Below the pieces are notes generated by a model. That model did not search any database. It was not told where the DNA came from and worked only from the letters and a program-made list of their open reading frames with translations. Of a stretch of DNA of 64,000 bases, positions 25,817-39,300 are shown piece by piece. The stretch is from Octopus bimaculoides (lineage: Eukaryota). The translations under genes were made by a program, and so were the position numbers. Positions within the stretch are counted from its first letter, which is position 1, and every line of letters starts with the position of its first letter. The stretch is taken from NCBI RefSeq assembly GCF_001194135.2, contig NC_068990.1:15149208-15213207 (forward strand), in the 5' to 3' direction.

Positions 25817-28800
25817 TTGGGTGGGCAAAAGTAGGTATACAGTTACTTAGCCTGAGTGGAATTTTCTTTTTCATCTAAGCAATTCATAAGTTGACTAAGG
25901 GTCATCCTCATTGCTGTTTAACATCCATTTTCCCATGCTGGCATGTGTTGGACGGCTCGACACGGAGCTGGCCAACAGTCCACACTCCAAATGTTTGTTG
26001 TGACACGTTTTCTATGGCTGGAGTTCTTAACCCCAACAGAGGGTGCTTTTTAGATGCCAGCAGCACGGGTGTGTTTATGCAAAACAAGTGTGGGTGCATT
26101 GTATGTGGCACTGGCTCCTGAAAGGACAAACCTGTATGTATGGAAAGGGAGCAATTTTACTTAGCTCGATGCCCAGTGTTCGAAGATCTTTCCTCACCAC
26201 TTTGTCTTACATCTTCCTGGGTCTACCCCTTCCACAGGGTCCTTCCACAAGGTCCTTCCACAATTAGAGCTCAGCACTTCTTTATGCAGCTAGGATAGCT
26301 GCAGGAAATGCCTAGTTCATTTGAAGGCCTCATTTTTTATTTCTGAGGCCTTCCAATGCTTGAGTCAGAAGCAACTGTATACCTACTTTTGTTCACCCTG
26401 GTATATACATTTATAGATGGTAAAGAACAATTCTAAATATACTTACCCTTGATAACCACTGATCTATACAATTTATGTGGTATTGATGATTGCAACCCAA
26501 TTCTTTCACTTGTTCACTTAACTCAAATTCATTTAGACATATTGGGCATTGGAGGTTTTTGTCTAAAAGAGATAAAAAGTAAAACGACATTTGAAAACAG
26601 ATATAAATAGTTATAAATTTTGAAGCAGGAAATTACATGATTAATAAGCACAAAAAAAAAAAAAAGATCCTATACACCAACAAATAGTTTTTTTTATTGC
26701 ATTTACATTTTAATAAGAGACAGAGAGAGAATTAAAATTGGTTTAAAGAAAAAACTGGTTGTCGAGAAAGAAATACAGTGTATGTGTGTGAAAGATAGAT
26801 AGATGGGTAGTCTTGCCACCAAAGTAACCAACAAGACTTTCACTAACTGTTTACTATGAAAGAAAAGGTACGTGCATGATAAACAGATATTTTTACTGGC
26901 TGCATAGCAACAAGGTAAAGACCAAGTTTTAATAACATTGTGGGAAGATACATTTTATTCGCAATTTACACATTAAAAAGGGTACTGTTAATTGTTCATT
27001 TCTGATACTGCAAATAATGATATACATACATACACAAAAAGAAAAAGTGCTGTGTGTGGCATACAAGAGGAAGGAATGCGAGATGGTTTGGACGTGATGT
27101 GTAAGAGTGAGGATGGCATTCAGATTACTGTTAAATGTAATGCTTATCTATTCACATCGTTTGGAAATAATCATGCTTTATTTCATAGTTTCAAGATTTT
27201 AATGATGGGATTCTTTATTTTTAGAAAGACATTGTAGGAAGGTATGAAAGGCAGGATCTGGCCAGTCTGAACATAAACCAAGTAGAATATTCGGGCCAGA
27301 TATGGCTGGTTTAACTGCTGAAGGATTGAAGTGGATGGTACCAGTGGAGGAGGATGACCTAGGGGTGAGTGGGTGTGGGATGAAGGGATGAGTGGGCGTG
27401 GGAGGAAGTGGTGAGAACTGATCTCAAGATGTTAAGCCTCACAGCAGAGATGATGATGGAAGATGTCTGGCAATATGATGTTCTAGAGAAGACCCACCCA
27501 CCTCGGTGAAACTGAGTTCTGGAAGCACTATATACCCACCCTATTGAGCCAAACCCCACCTTGTCTTTGTGCATTATGCTTGTCTCCCCACACCCACTCC
27601 TGCAGCCCGTCATCTCACTCTCCTCCCACTGTCAACAGCATCATTATCTCGTCATACCCCTACATACTCATTTCACCACTCGCTCCATTCCTCTTGGCAC
27701 TCATGAACTCCCTGCTCACTCACCCACACCACCACTTCATTTACATTCACCTCCTTGAGGATGAGGGATTTTGTGACTTCTGTTTTTTAAACACTTAAAC
27801 TGATGTCAAAACTGAATTGTGTTTTACAATCCTATCTTCCATTTAAATCTTTCCAGTAAACTAGGTTAACCTAAACACAAAATATATATATATACATTGG
27901 GGAATAAAGGAAAATAAATTACTTTTTGAGGTATTAAAAAAACAAAAAAAAAACACTGAAATTTCTTGCTCATTTTTGTATATAGTTTACAAGATTCTTG
28001 ATATGAACTTGTTGAAACAATTCACTGTATGTCACAAGGGTCATTGTGCCAATAACACACACTGGTTCTATTTTACTTCTTTATTATTTGTCAACTGCTT
28101 AACTATTTAATCAGTTGCTTAATTGTTTGATTAACCATTCAGTTATATTTGTCAAAGCATTTTTGTCACCATTCATAATCTCATCAAATACATGCCCTCT
28201 GAATGAAGTTGACCTGGAATGGAGGGGGGACATGTTATTGATGAAGTCACAGATACTGACTGATCAACCAGTTAACCTAACAATCAAATAATTGGTTAAA
28301 TAGTTAACCAATTGATCTTGCCAAGATCAATTTTGCCTTTCATCCTTTCACGGTAGATAAATTAAGTACCACTCAAATACTGGGTTTAATGTAATAGGCT
28401 TATCTTTCCTGCCAAAACCTGCTGGCTCAGTGTCACAATTTGTAACTATTATTGGCATAACAATATTCCCGATACAAAACTAACAATATACTTATCACTG
28501 AAAAAAAAAAAAGGTCATATTTAAAATTTTTAAATCTAATAGAAATAGAATCAAAATGAAGTTATAATCATTGCATATAATAGAAAACAGAACCAAATAA
28601 AATATGCAGTGTGTGTGTGTATGTGTGTGCACTTGTGCATGCCCAGACCTGTGTATTCTTTTTTCTTTATTAGTAAATACACCACCTAGTGTTGATAATT
28701 TAATACATGGTACGAAATACTGTTCAAATGCCAAACATTGGTTCTGTAGGTTAAAAAGTTGTTACAATCAATCCCAACGTAATATAATTAACAAATTTCA

Positions 28801-31800
28801 TTATATCAAGAATATTGTAGTTACTTTTATAAATATTTTAAAAACGATTCAATTTAGTGGCTACTTAAGTTTTACTCACTCTGCCAATATACACGAAGAT
28901 AGTTTTTCATATATACCACCTCACATATCACCCAAATTGTAACATTCTATTTTTATAATTTCGTTTTCCATGTGCCACTTTAAACGCATTCAAAATGTAA
29001 ACATTTTAATTAACTTTTTTGTTTCTTTTACTGTGAAAGACTATTTTAATTTTCAACTATGGATACAACAGTAAATTAAACTATATTTTAATTTAAGATA
29101 TCAATCCACTTCAAACTTTTGAAAAAGTGTTGTATTTCTGAGAAACTGGATTTTCTTTCTCTGCACAACATTATTCTGCATCCACATTTAAAACACACAC
29201 ACACACACACACACACCCAGAGTACCAGACCAATTATCTGGCAAGCTTGGGAGTAAAAGTGTCCCAGATTTCCAGAGAATCTAAATATATACTTAAAATA
29301 TAAAATAAACCATGAAAAGTAAACAAGTCCTATTTAACAGATTCAAATTAATACACTTCTAAAGCAGGATCTGTTTAGTAGCCATATCATACCTCACCAT
29401 GTATAGAGTATAATGTTTAAAGGATGAAAATTAAGTGAAGAAAAATAAAGGACATGATTTTATTTAACAAATACAACTACAAATTAATACAATTCTACAG
29501 CAGAGTATCTTCAATCTTTATCAATCCACTTTGGAAAGAAAAGAAAAAGACTTAAACTATATGCAAATTAACCAAATTCAAAAACACTGTCTATATACTC
29601 AATACAGGATAATATATTGCATGATGTTGCACAATATTCCCGGCAGCCAGATAAGAGGTATGGTACTGTATTTAGTTTGACCCAGTAAAGTGTTATTCTT
29701 TCTACTCAACCACACAATGCCAAAACTGAAGAGAAATATAATTTCCTGCAATTATTTCTAGCTAGCTGCACTATTAAGTATCTAAAGGAGGCATGGATTA
29801 CTCACTACAATTGTTAAAACTATGTGAGAACAGCAACAACAAAAGCTCTGGAAAATAAAAATGTGAAGCAGGCATCCAACAGAGGAACTTTCAATTCAAG
29901 ACTCGGTCAGTTTCATATCAGATTTTGCTGTCTCACTTAACAAAATACTAAAGCCAGTCTCTTCAATTTATCTGTTTGAATATTGAAATGCAGCGTTTCT
30001 CTCAGTATTATTTGCATATAATAATATTCAAGTGTATGCAATGGAAATAACTTATATTAGTTTACTTGTGCAGGTTAAGAAAAAGTGATTTTTGTAGAAA
30101 AGTCAAAGAACCAATTTTGTTTTTTCTTAAAAAAAATTTCATCTGGAATATATCGTTACACAGTTCTTTCTGCAATCAAAGTTGAATTTCAAAGAGGTGT
30201 CAATTTATAAGAAAAAGGAAGACTAAAATAGTTCTTTTTAATTACTGGTTAATTCTCTTTTCAGGTGGACCCAGACAATGACTGGAACTTACTCATTCCC
30301 TTTAATAAATTTTAATTAACTGTTGCACACAAACACACAACAAAGTATTTTATCATTAAAGTTATTACTATTGGAAGCAAGCATGGTCAAGGCCACGTAG
30401 CTAAGAAGTGTATTTTCCGAGTATGAGGCCAAGTTCAATAAACAGCACTGCACGTTATTCTGGGCAGGTGTCTCCTAAAGCCATACGATGCAGAAACTAT
30501 ACAGAAGCTCATCATGGAACACAAGTGTAGGCGCAGGAGTGGCTGTGTGGTAAGTAGCTTGCTTACCAACCACATGGTGCAGGGTTCATTCCCACTGCGT
30601 GGCACCTTGGGCAAGTGTCTACTATAGCCTCGGGCCGACCAAAGCCTTGTGAGTGGATTTGGTAGACAGAAACTGAAAGAAGCCCATCGTATTTATGTCT
30701 GTGTGTGTATATGTTTGTCCCCCCAACGTCACTTGACAACCGATGGTGGTGTGTTTATGTCCCCGTAACTTAGCAGTTCAGCAAACGAGACCGATAGAAT
30801 AAGTACTAGGCTTACAAAGAATAAGTTCTGAGGTCGATTTGCTCGACTAAAGGCGGTGCTCCAGCATGGCCACAGTCAAATGACTGAAACAAGTAAAAGA
30901 GTAAATAGAGTAAGAGACAACAGGACAAAATGATAAGTTCCATCTAATGTTGCTTTTGTCCCTTATGGGATTGATAAACTAAACGCAAGACAAAGTAGTG
31001 AGGTTGGTACAACTGACTAAAACCATTGAAGGTTTCAACTAAGCATGGTCATAGTTCAAAGACTACATTACAGTGGTCAAACACATCCAGTGTATCTCTT
31101 CCAAATTTATAGCATTGTATAAAAATCAGAAGTTATGAATATACAGGTGGAGTGACAAATATTTACACAGAAATGCCTCAATGTATTTAGCTTCATCCAT
31201 CAATAAAATCAAATACAGTGGAGGGTTCACCAAATCATTGACCTAATACCTATTTCCTTATATTGAAAGTTGTGGAGAGTGGTGGAATAAAAATGTTGAA
31301 TTCTGAAGAAAATTTTTTTGTAATGTTTTGTATTAACATTTGTTACTAACATACCCAACACTTTAACCATAATTTCCACCTCATACTTGAAATGAGTAGC
31401 AACATAAATCTTCCTTACTATGTTAAGAGATTATGTATGGTTTCATTATACTGTTATATGGTGACATGAAATGTGTGTTCTTCAAATTTTTTTCTATAGT
31501 ATTACACATTTGGAACAAAGGGATACCAGCTTCACATTTAGCAGTAGCCATTTTAAATTTGATGGTTTTTTGAAAGTAGCAGCAGCAAAAGAAAAATGTA
31601 GCAAGCATAACCATGTTTTGAAAGTAAAGTCAAATATTCCAATTTCTGATTGTGATAGCAACTCTGACAGCAATATTGAAAGCAAGAACGAATTTATTCC
31701 AGAAAGACAATGCAGTGAAAAGTTGAAAATATTTCTCTTCAAAATTTTTCAAAAGAAACCATACCCAATCACAGTCTTCCTGAGGACTTGAAACCAATCG

Positions 31801-33271
31801 ATTATTCCCTTTATTTTTTCCTATTGAAATGTTCCAGACAATAACTGCAGAAACAAATTGTTACGCAGAACATAAACAAAGGAAAAAAAACAGTCTATGG
31901 TCTTATACATGCCTGAACAAAATCTGGGTATCTTTTGCAACAAACATTAAAGGCATTAGGAAGGTGGATAACCAACTACTGAAACACATGTGAACCTTTC
32001 AGCGACCCCTGAATTTCTAGTATCATGACTAGTATATGGCTCTCAGTTTTTGAATATACAAGACACCAGCAGTACCCCAATATATGAGGAAAGGACAATA
32101 TGATCCATTATACAAAATAAAACACTCCTGGACACTGTACAAGTTATTTAAAATCATGTTACTAACCTGGAAAAAAGGATGTCTGGTAGATTATGAATGC
32201 TGGATACAAATCTAGAATTATATTCCAGGCAAGCCCACAAAACTGGGTAAATCTTTTGAAGTTTTAAATGGGCAATAACTACAGTAGTTGAAATCAGCAT
32301 GGATAAGGTTACAATGTAGTTGAGAAATTAACACTTCCATATTATACCCAAGGTCATATATATATAAATATATAAACTGGTATTTCAGTTTGGTCAGATC
32401 TGTAGTGAACTTAGAAGCTATGGCAACATATGTGTGTCACAGTAATTGCAAATAGAATAGGACTGCTGTTGGATATAAAAAGAAGCAAAATTAAAAATAG
32501 GTAAAATAAACCATTGGCAGGAAGGAAATTTGCCAACAACTGTATACAGAGATAGGAAATTAATTTACCTATCAACTTATGCTCAACTTCATGTTGTGGA
32601 GGAAAATGGCACACTATTTGTAAATCTCAAATACAATTACATAGACAATGTCGAACAGATGAATCAGATGTTGGGTGATTACATACTTGATAGGAGTACT
32701 GTGAATACTGATTTTATGATACTATATACTTAACCACAAGGGAAGCAGAACTGAGGCAATGATCTGCAGATCTGAGCATACGTTGCAATGCAATTGAGAG
32801 CAGGAAAATCATTCTAAATAAAAAGTTTGATTTAGGCACAAGGCCAACAGTTTTTCAAATGTGGGAGTTAGTCACTACCAAACAACCTCGGTAGTTGATT
32901 GGTATTTCTTTTTAGCAACCCTAGAGAGATGAAAAGTTGATATCAAAAGGATTTGGACTCTGGACACAAGTGTTGAACAAAGAATTTTTTCCAAAACTCT
33001 AAAGATTCAACCAATAATTAAATAGCTATTGGTGGTTAAGTCAAAAGATTGCCAGAGAGACATCTCTAAATTCAGCCAATCTCAATAAAACAGAAAAAGA
33101 AGAAAAAAGGAAAAGAAAGAAAATTCAATTGCCATAAGAGGTTGTGTTGAGAATGCCAACATCAGAAAAGGAAAGCTCCTAGCAGATGGCTAATTGAAAC
33201 AACTTTCCAATGGGCATTCTGCCAGACTGTATAATGCAATGTAGGAAGCTTTACAACCTTTCACAAAAGAA

Positions 33272-33332
<61 letters not shown>

Positions 33333-36300
33333 GAAATTTAATTTGGTAAAACACTATTTTAAAATTTAGCATTTTCAATTTTTTTTTCTATTTATTTAAA
33401 CTTTTAATTTACCTATGAGTGACAAATATTAGTGAATCATTGAGTGTGTGTGTGTATGTATGTATTTACATAATTTGTTTCCAAGCAGTTTGGTTATTCA
33501 TTATTTCATAGTAGTTTACATTTACACTGCATCCGTTTTATAGGCAAATTCAAATTCAATTAAAAATCCAATAATGTGCATAATTCTTCTATATTACATT
33601 TGTCTGTGTATAAAATACACTACTGTATAATTAAGGGTAATTAACATCTAATTAAGGGTAATAACATCTCCTACTGACTTTTCTTTAATATTGGTTTCAA
33701 ATTTTGGCAAGTCAGTAAGAATTGGTAAGTCAACTACATTGACCCCAGTGGTCAACTGGTACTTATTTTATCAACCCCAAAAGAAAGAAAGGCAAAAATC
33801 AACCTTGGTAGAATATTTTAAACTCGGAATGTAAAGACAAATGAAATGTTACCAAGCATTTTGCCCAGCCTGCTATTGACTGCCAGTTTTCCCAGCCTGC
33901 TAATGACTGCCAGTTTGCCCAGCCTGCTAATGACTGCCAGTTTGCCCAGCCTGCTAATGACTGCCAGTTTGCCCAGCCTGCTAATGACTGCCAGTTTGCC
34001 CAGCCTGCTAATGACTGCCAGTTTGCCCAGCCTGCTAATGACTGCCAGTTTACCACCTTGACTGATTTTGCTTTAATAAAATGGAAGTGTTTAGTTAGAT
34101 TTATAATTGAAAAAGTTCATGTACCTTAAATGGAGAAAAAACTTAATCCTAAGGTGACTTTTAAACTTTACTGGTGTAAGCCATAAAAGTACACCTAGTC
34201 AAGTCAACATGGCAGAAATCGCTAGATTTCTTTTTTTTCTAGAAAATCAGTTTGGTTTTGATACTGATGGTATTCTTACATAAATTTTACACTCATTTAC
34301 ACTTCTCTCTCTAACTGAGATAGCCATGTATCTTCTCTATTGTAAGTAACCTCTTTCTGCCCCCCCCCCCAATTCATTACCAACCATAAAACCACTTCCC
34401 TCAATACTTCTCCCCACTCAGTTGATGGGGCTTGTCTTGCAAGTTACTAGGTGATTTCACTGCTCCTGGTGCCACATAAAAAGCACCCAGTGCACTCTGT
34501 AAAGTGGTTAGTATTAGGAAGGGCACTGAACCATAGCAACCATACCAAAGCAGATAGAGCCTGGTGCAGGCTTCTGACTCACCAACCCCAGTCAAAAACT
34601 ATCCAACCCAAGCCAACACTGAAGGGGGACATTAAATGACAATGACAATGATGATATAGTACTCAGTTTGGATAGTGATGCAAGTGTGTTAGAGTTGTTA
34701 CACGAGATCAATATGTTTATCATTTAAGTATGGATTATAAAAGAAAACAAAAAACCCCTTTTTTTTTTTAATTATACATAAAGAATATCAGTAAATGTCT
34801 CAATAAATTTTGATACAGTTTCATTATCTTCACTATTTTCCAGTCAATTTAAGGTTCTGTAAAAGCAGAGTTTTTCTTGAATTTTATAAAACATCCTTTG
34901 CTTGCATGAAATTCTGGCTTATTAGAAGTTTATTCCAATCTGCATATAAACTGATAAGATTTTTTTAAAATTAATACAAGATGCAAGTGTATTTCTTTCT
35001 ATGTTGGCCATCAATGTATACTTTTACTGAATTCTCCATTTGTTATCAACACTTTACCACATTTTAGGGACATAATTTTTACTGATATATTTCTTACATT
35101 ATGCATGTTCTTTATTTTATCTCTAATAATTGAATACTTGTCACATTCAAAACCCTTGTTATTGGAGCAAGTCTACAAATTTTGGGGGGAAGCAACAGTA
35201 GATTATATCAACTCTAGTATTTGAATGGTACTTGATTTTATTGACTCAGAAAGGATGAAAAGCAAAGTCAATTTTGTCAAGATTTGAACACAGACTGTAA
35301 TACATTGTTGTTAGCACTCCGTCGCTTACGACATCGAGGGTTCCAGTTGATCCGATCAACGGAACAGCCTGCTCGTGAAATTAACGTGCAAGTGGCTAAG
35401 CACTCCACAGACACGAGTACCCTTAACATAGTCCTCGGGGATATTCAGCGTGACACAGTGTGACAAAGCGGACCCTTTAAATTACAGGCACAACAGAAAC
35501 AGGAAGAAAGAGTGAGAGAAAGTTGTGGTGGAAGAGTACAGCAGGGTTTGCCACCATCCCCTGCCGGAGCCTCGTGGAGCTTTAGGTGTTTTCGCTCAAT
35601 AAACACTCACAACGCCAGGTCTGGGAATCAAAATTGCGATCCTATGACCGCAAGTCCGCTGCCCTAACCAATGGGCCATTGCGCCTCCTAACGCAGACTG
35701 TAATACATTATAAATTCACAATGCCATAGACTGAATAACCCATTGCATCAGTTTATTTACAACCAGAAATGAGAAGAAAAACTGAGCACTTCCATCTATA
35801 CAGACCATCTCACATGTGTAGAATATAATCCATTTATTGAAACTGGATAATTAGTGATGTCCCCTTCCACCGCATGAAAAACCTATATAGTCATAATTAT
35901 TATTATTATAAGGAGTAAGACCACACATCACTAAAAATACCTAAACATATCTAAATGTCTTACATTAAGTTTAGCTTCATCAATACAATGTAGTATGCTC
36001 TATTTGGGTATAAATGATATTCAGTAAGATCTGATCTATTCATTAAACAATCAATCCTTCATAAAAGGAATTTATTTATTTCCTTTTGTTATAATGGTAA
36101 AAGTTGGCACAGATGGAATCATTTTCAGACTGAGACATTATTTTGATAGATTCTTCAGAGCTACTAATTCATTTGACAATCATTTGTAAATAGGATCTTA
36201 TGAAGGATACAATTAGTGCAACTTTATTTAGGCCAATCTATTCAGTAGTTTCCAAGCTTTGTCAAATTGTTGAATTCTGTGGATATTGAATTAGTTAAGT

Positions 36301-39300
36301 TTAAGCAATCCTAAAGACAAAGAATAATCAACTGACAGAAACATACCTGCTATACTCTTTGTACATAGTGTAGATGGAATAATTTACAAATAAAATTGTT
36401 TAATTTGTTACACTTAAGGGCAGTAAATTATTTATATTGCAGTAACAATTAAAAAATGAATATATTGAATGAAACAAGAAAAAAAAAATTTAACTTACCA
36501 ACTTGTTCTTTCTTTATCTCAGTCAGAGCAAGAGCATCTATTTTGTCTTTGTCAGCTGGAGGGATACCTGCTCCATCAATTTGATTCATCAACTACAAAA
36601 TGAAGATCAGAAATTTTTCATTAAGCTAGACAGACAATATCACCATATACATACACATTTCACACATATATACACTCATACACACAAGTATATGTATCAA
36701 ATTGGTGCTTTCTATTTGATACATGTGAAGGCGCATGGCTCAGGGTTAGAGCATCAAGCTTACGATCATGAGGTTGTGAGTTCAAATCCTGGACCAGGCT
36801 GTGTGTTGAGCTCTTTAGCAAGACACTATTTCACGTTGCTCCAGTTCACTCAGCTGTAGAAACGAGTTGCGACGTCACAGGTGCCAAGCTGTATCGGCCT
36901 TTGCCTTTCCCTTGGATAACACTGGCGGCGTGGAGAGGGGAGGCCGGTATACATGGACGACTGTTGGTCTTCCATAAACAATGTTGCCCGGACTTGTGGC
37001 TGGAAGGGTAACTTTCTAGGTGCAATCCCATGGTCAGTCATGACTGAAGGGGGTCTCAGCATTTGATACATTCACTGTATAACATACCAAAAGCCCCACC
37101 GGATTTTGTTCAATCATTGAAGTTAAGCAGCATTGAGCCTAATTAGTACTTAGATGAGTGATAAGTGTTTAAGTGCTGTAAACATTACTTCCTAGTTGGT
37201 ATAAGCCTAACTGTATACTTAAGTCCTCTTTTCAACCATATGGTTCCAGAATCCGTTTCAATGCACAGCACATTGGCCAAGTGTGTAAACCTGAGCAATG
37301 CCCTTACAAGTGAATGTGGTAGGCAGAAACTGTATGAAGCCCATCGAGTGTGTGTTTGTTTACATCCCACATGCTTTGCACTGATAAAGTACTGAGCTCC
37401 AAGCAGTGAAGTCTGCTATCATTTTCCTGTCAACAAACCATCTGCTGGCTCTGCACTTTTGAAAATGAGTGGGATAAGAGACCTACTTGAAAAACATAAG
37501 AGTTAGAGACACAAAGGGCATTTAGTTGTAAAACAATGATTCAATAACAATAATATCCGTCTAATCCAGGCTAACGTGGAAGAATGTGCAAAACAAATAT
37601 ACAATCACTGGCTTCACAAACCACCAGTGGAGGTGGAGAAATGTCAAAACACATGGCACATCCTGGTTCAGAGGCAATATTAATAATGCAGGAGATGAAG
37701 CCATAGCATTAAAAGTAAACTCCTTTTGAAATTAAACACCCTATACTTCACTAACCTAACTAAAAGAACTCAACCAAACTTCACCTTCTGCTAGGCACAC
37801 ACAGCCACCACAACCAGATGGCAAACTACCCACAACCATCTTCTGATCATCTAGCCTTTCTCATACATTTAAATGAATAAAGTACTTGGATTAAATTTTA
37901 AAATAAACCAGTGAAACTAGTTCCATAAACAACATCAAGGTTTAAAGAATTTACAATGCCACAATCACCAACACAGATATAGCAGTCAACAAAACTAGAT
38001 GCTTCCAAAAAAACATTTCCTAAAAAGCAACAAAAAAATACAATCCTACTCAAAAAAATAACTGCTAAAAATATTAAGCTATTGCTGCATAGATAACAAT
38101 CATATGCAATAAGGAGGAATTTATGGAATCAAATACCCAGAACAATAAACTTCAACTCGGACATAAAACATTCTCAAAAATCTGTAAAAATAATTTTTTA
38201 AATACTAACCTGGCTTATAACAGAATCTAATCCACCGGCACCCCATGCATAGTCCCCAGGGTTAGCATGAAGAGGAAATATGTTTCTGAAGAAAAAAAAA
38301 AAAAAATGTATATATAGATATACATACATACATACATACATAAAGAGAATATAAAGCAGAAAAGTAATTATTTTAAAATATCAATTAAGCCATCTGCTTT
38401 TATCTATTCATATTTAAACTAAAATATTGGTTTCAAATTTTGGCACAAAGCCAGCAATTTCGGGAGAGAAGATAAGCCATTTACATTGATTCCAGTGCTC
38501 AACTGGTACTTACTTTATTGACTCCCAAAAGGATGAAAGGCAAAGTTAATCCCAGCAGATTTTGAACCCAGAACAAAGCATAAAGACATGAAATGCTGTC
38601 AAGCATTTCGCTCAGAGTGTTAACAATTCTGCCAGCTCACTTTTTTTTACCCTAAAATATTGACGGAATTCTTGTATTAATAACATCAGCAGATTTCACT
38701 CCTTCCACAATGCCAGACATTTTAGTGCGGAAAGTGTCACTGAATTGTTTTGAAATTCAAAACAAGTGAGAAAAAATGGTGAAGCTTGTTCACAAGTATC
38801 ATGTGATGTCAACACAAGGACACACACACATACACATCACAGGCACACACGCAGCTTTTGTCAGCCTTGGGCTAAAAAATAAGACATTTGCCTATGGTGC
38901 TGCACAGTGGAACTGAACTAAAAAATCACATTGTTGGGGAGCAAGCTTATCAATCACACACCTGAATTTAATTAAACTTTATTTTAAATTTTATCATAAC
39001 TTTAAATCACAATGCATAATATCACAAGGAGTGAGGTTACTCTAAGTTATTAAATGCTTGGAAGGTGCAACAGTGAGTTGAATTTTTAGTCATTTGGCAA
39101 TGTCTATCATTCATTTGGGTTTGTATCATTGTTAAGAACAAGCTGTTAAGTAGGTAACGTAACTATTTAGGTAATCTTACTATTACCCTGCATAACACTG
39201 TTTAATTACACTACATTTTGAGAAAACATATCTAGAGCATTGAGATAAGACTGCATTAATATTCAATTAAGAGAAGGCATGTGGCTAGTGTATTCATCTT

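Noticed and set aside
33864-34051. CRISPR-like array or repeat-protein ORF
   Set aside because: Units are contiguous with no unique spacers, derive from an interspersed repeat, and the context is eukaryotic with no cas genes.
35615-35690. tRNA-like sequence (also 45125-45195 and 36728-36800)
   Set aside because: These are SINE heads inside TSD-flanked insertions and lack a full cloverleaf.
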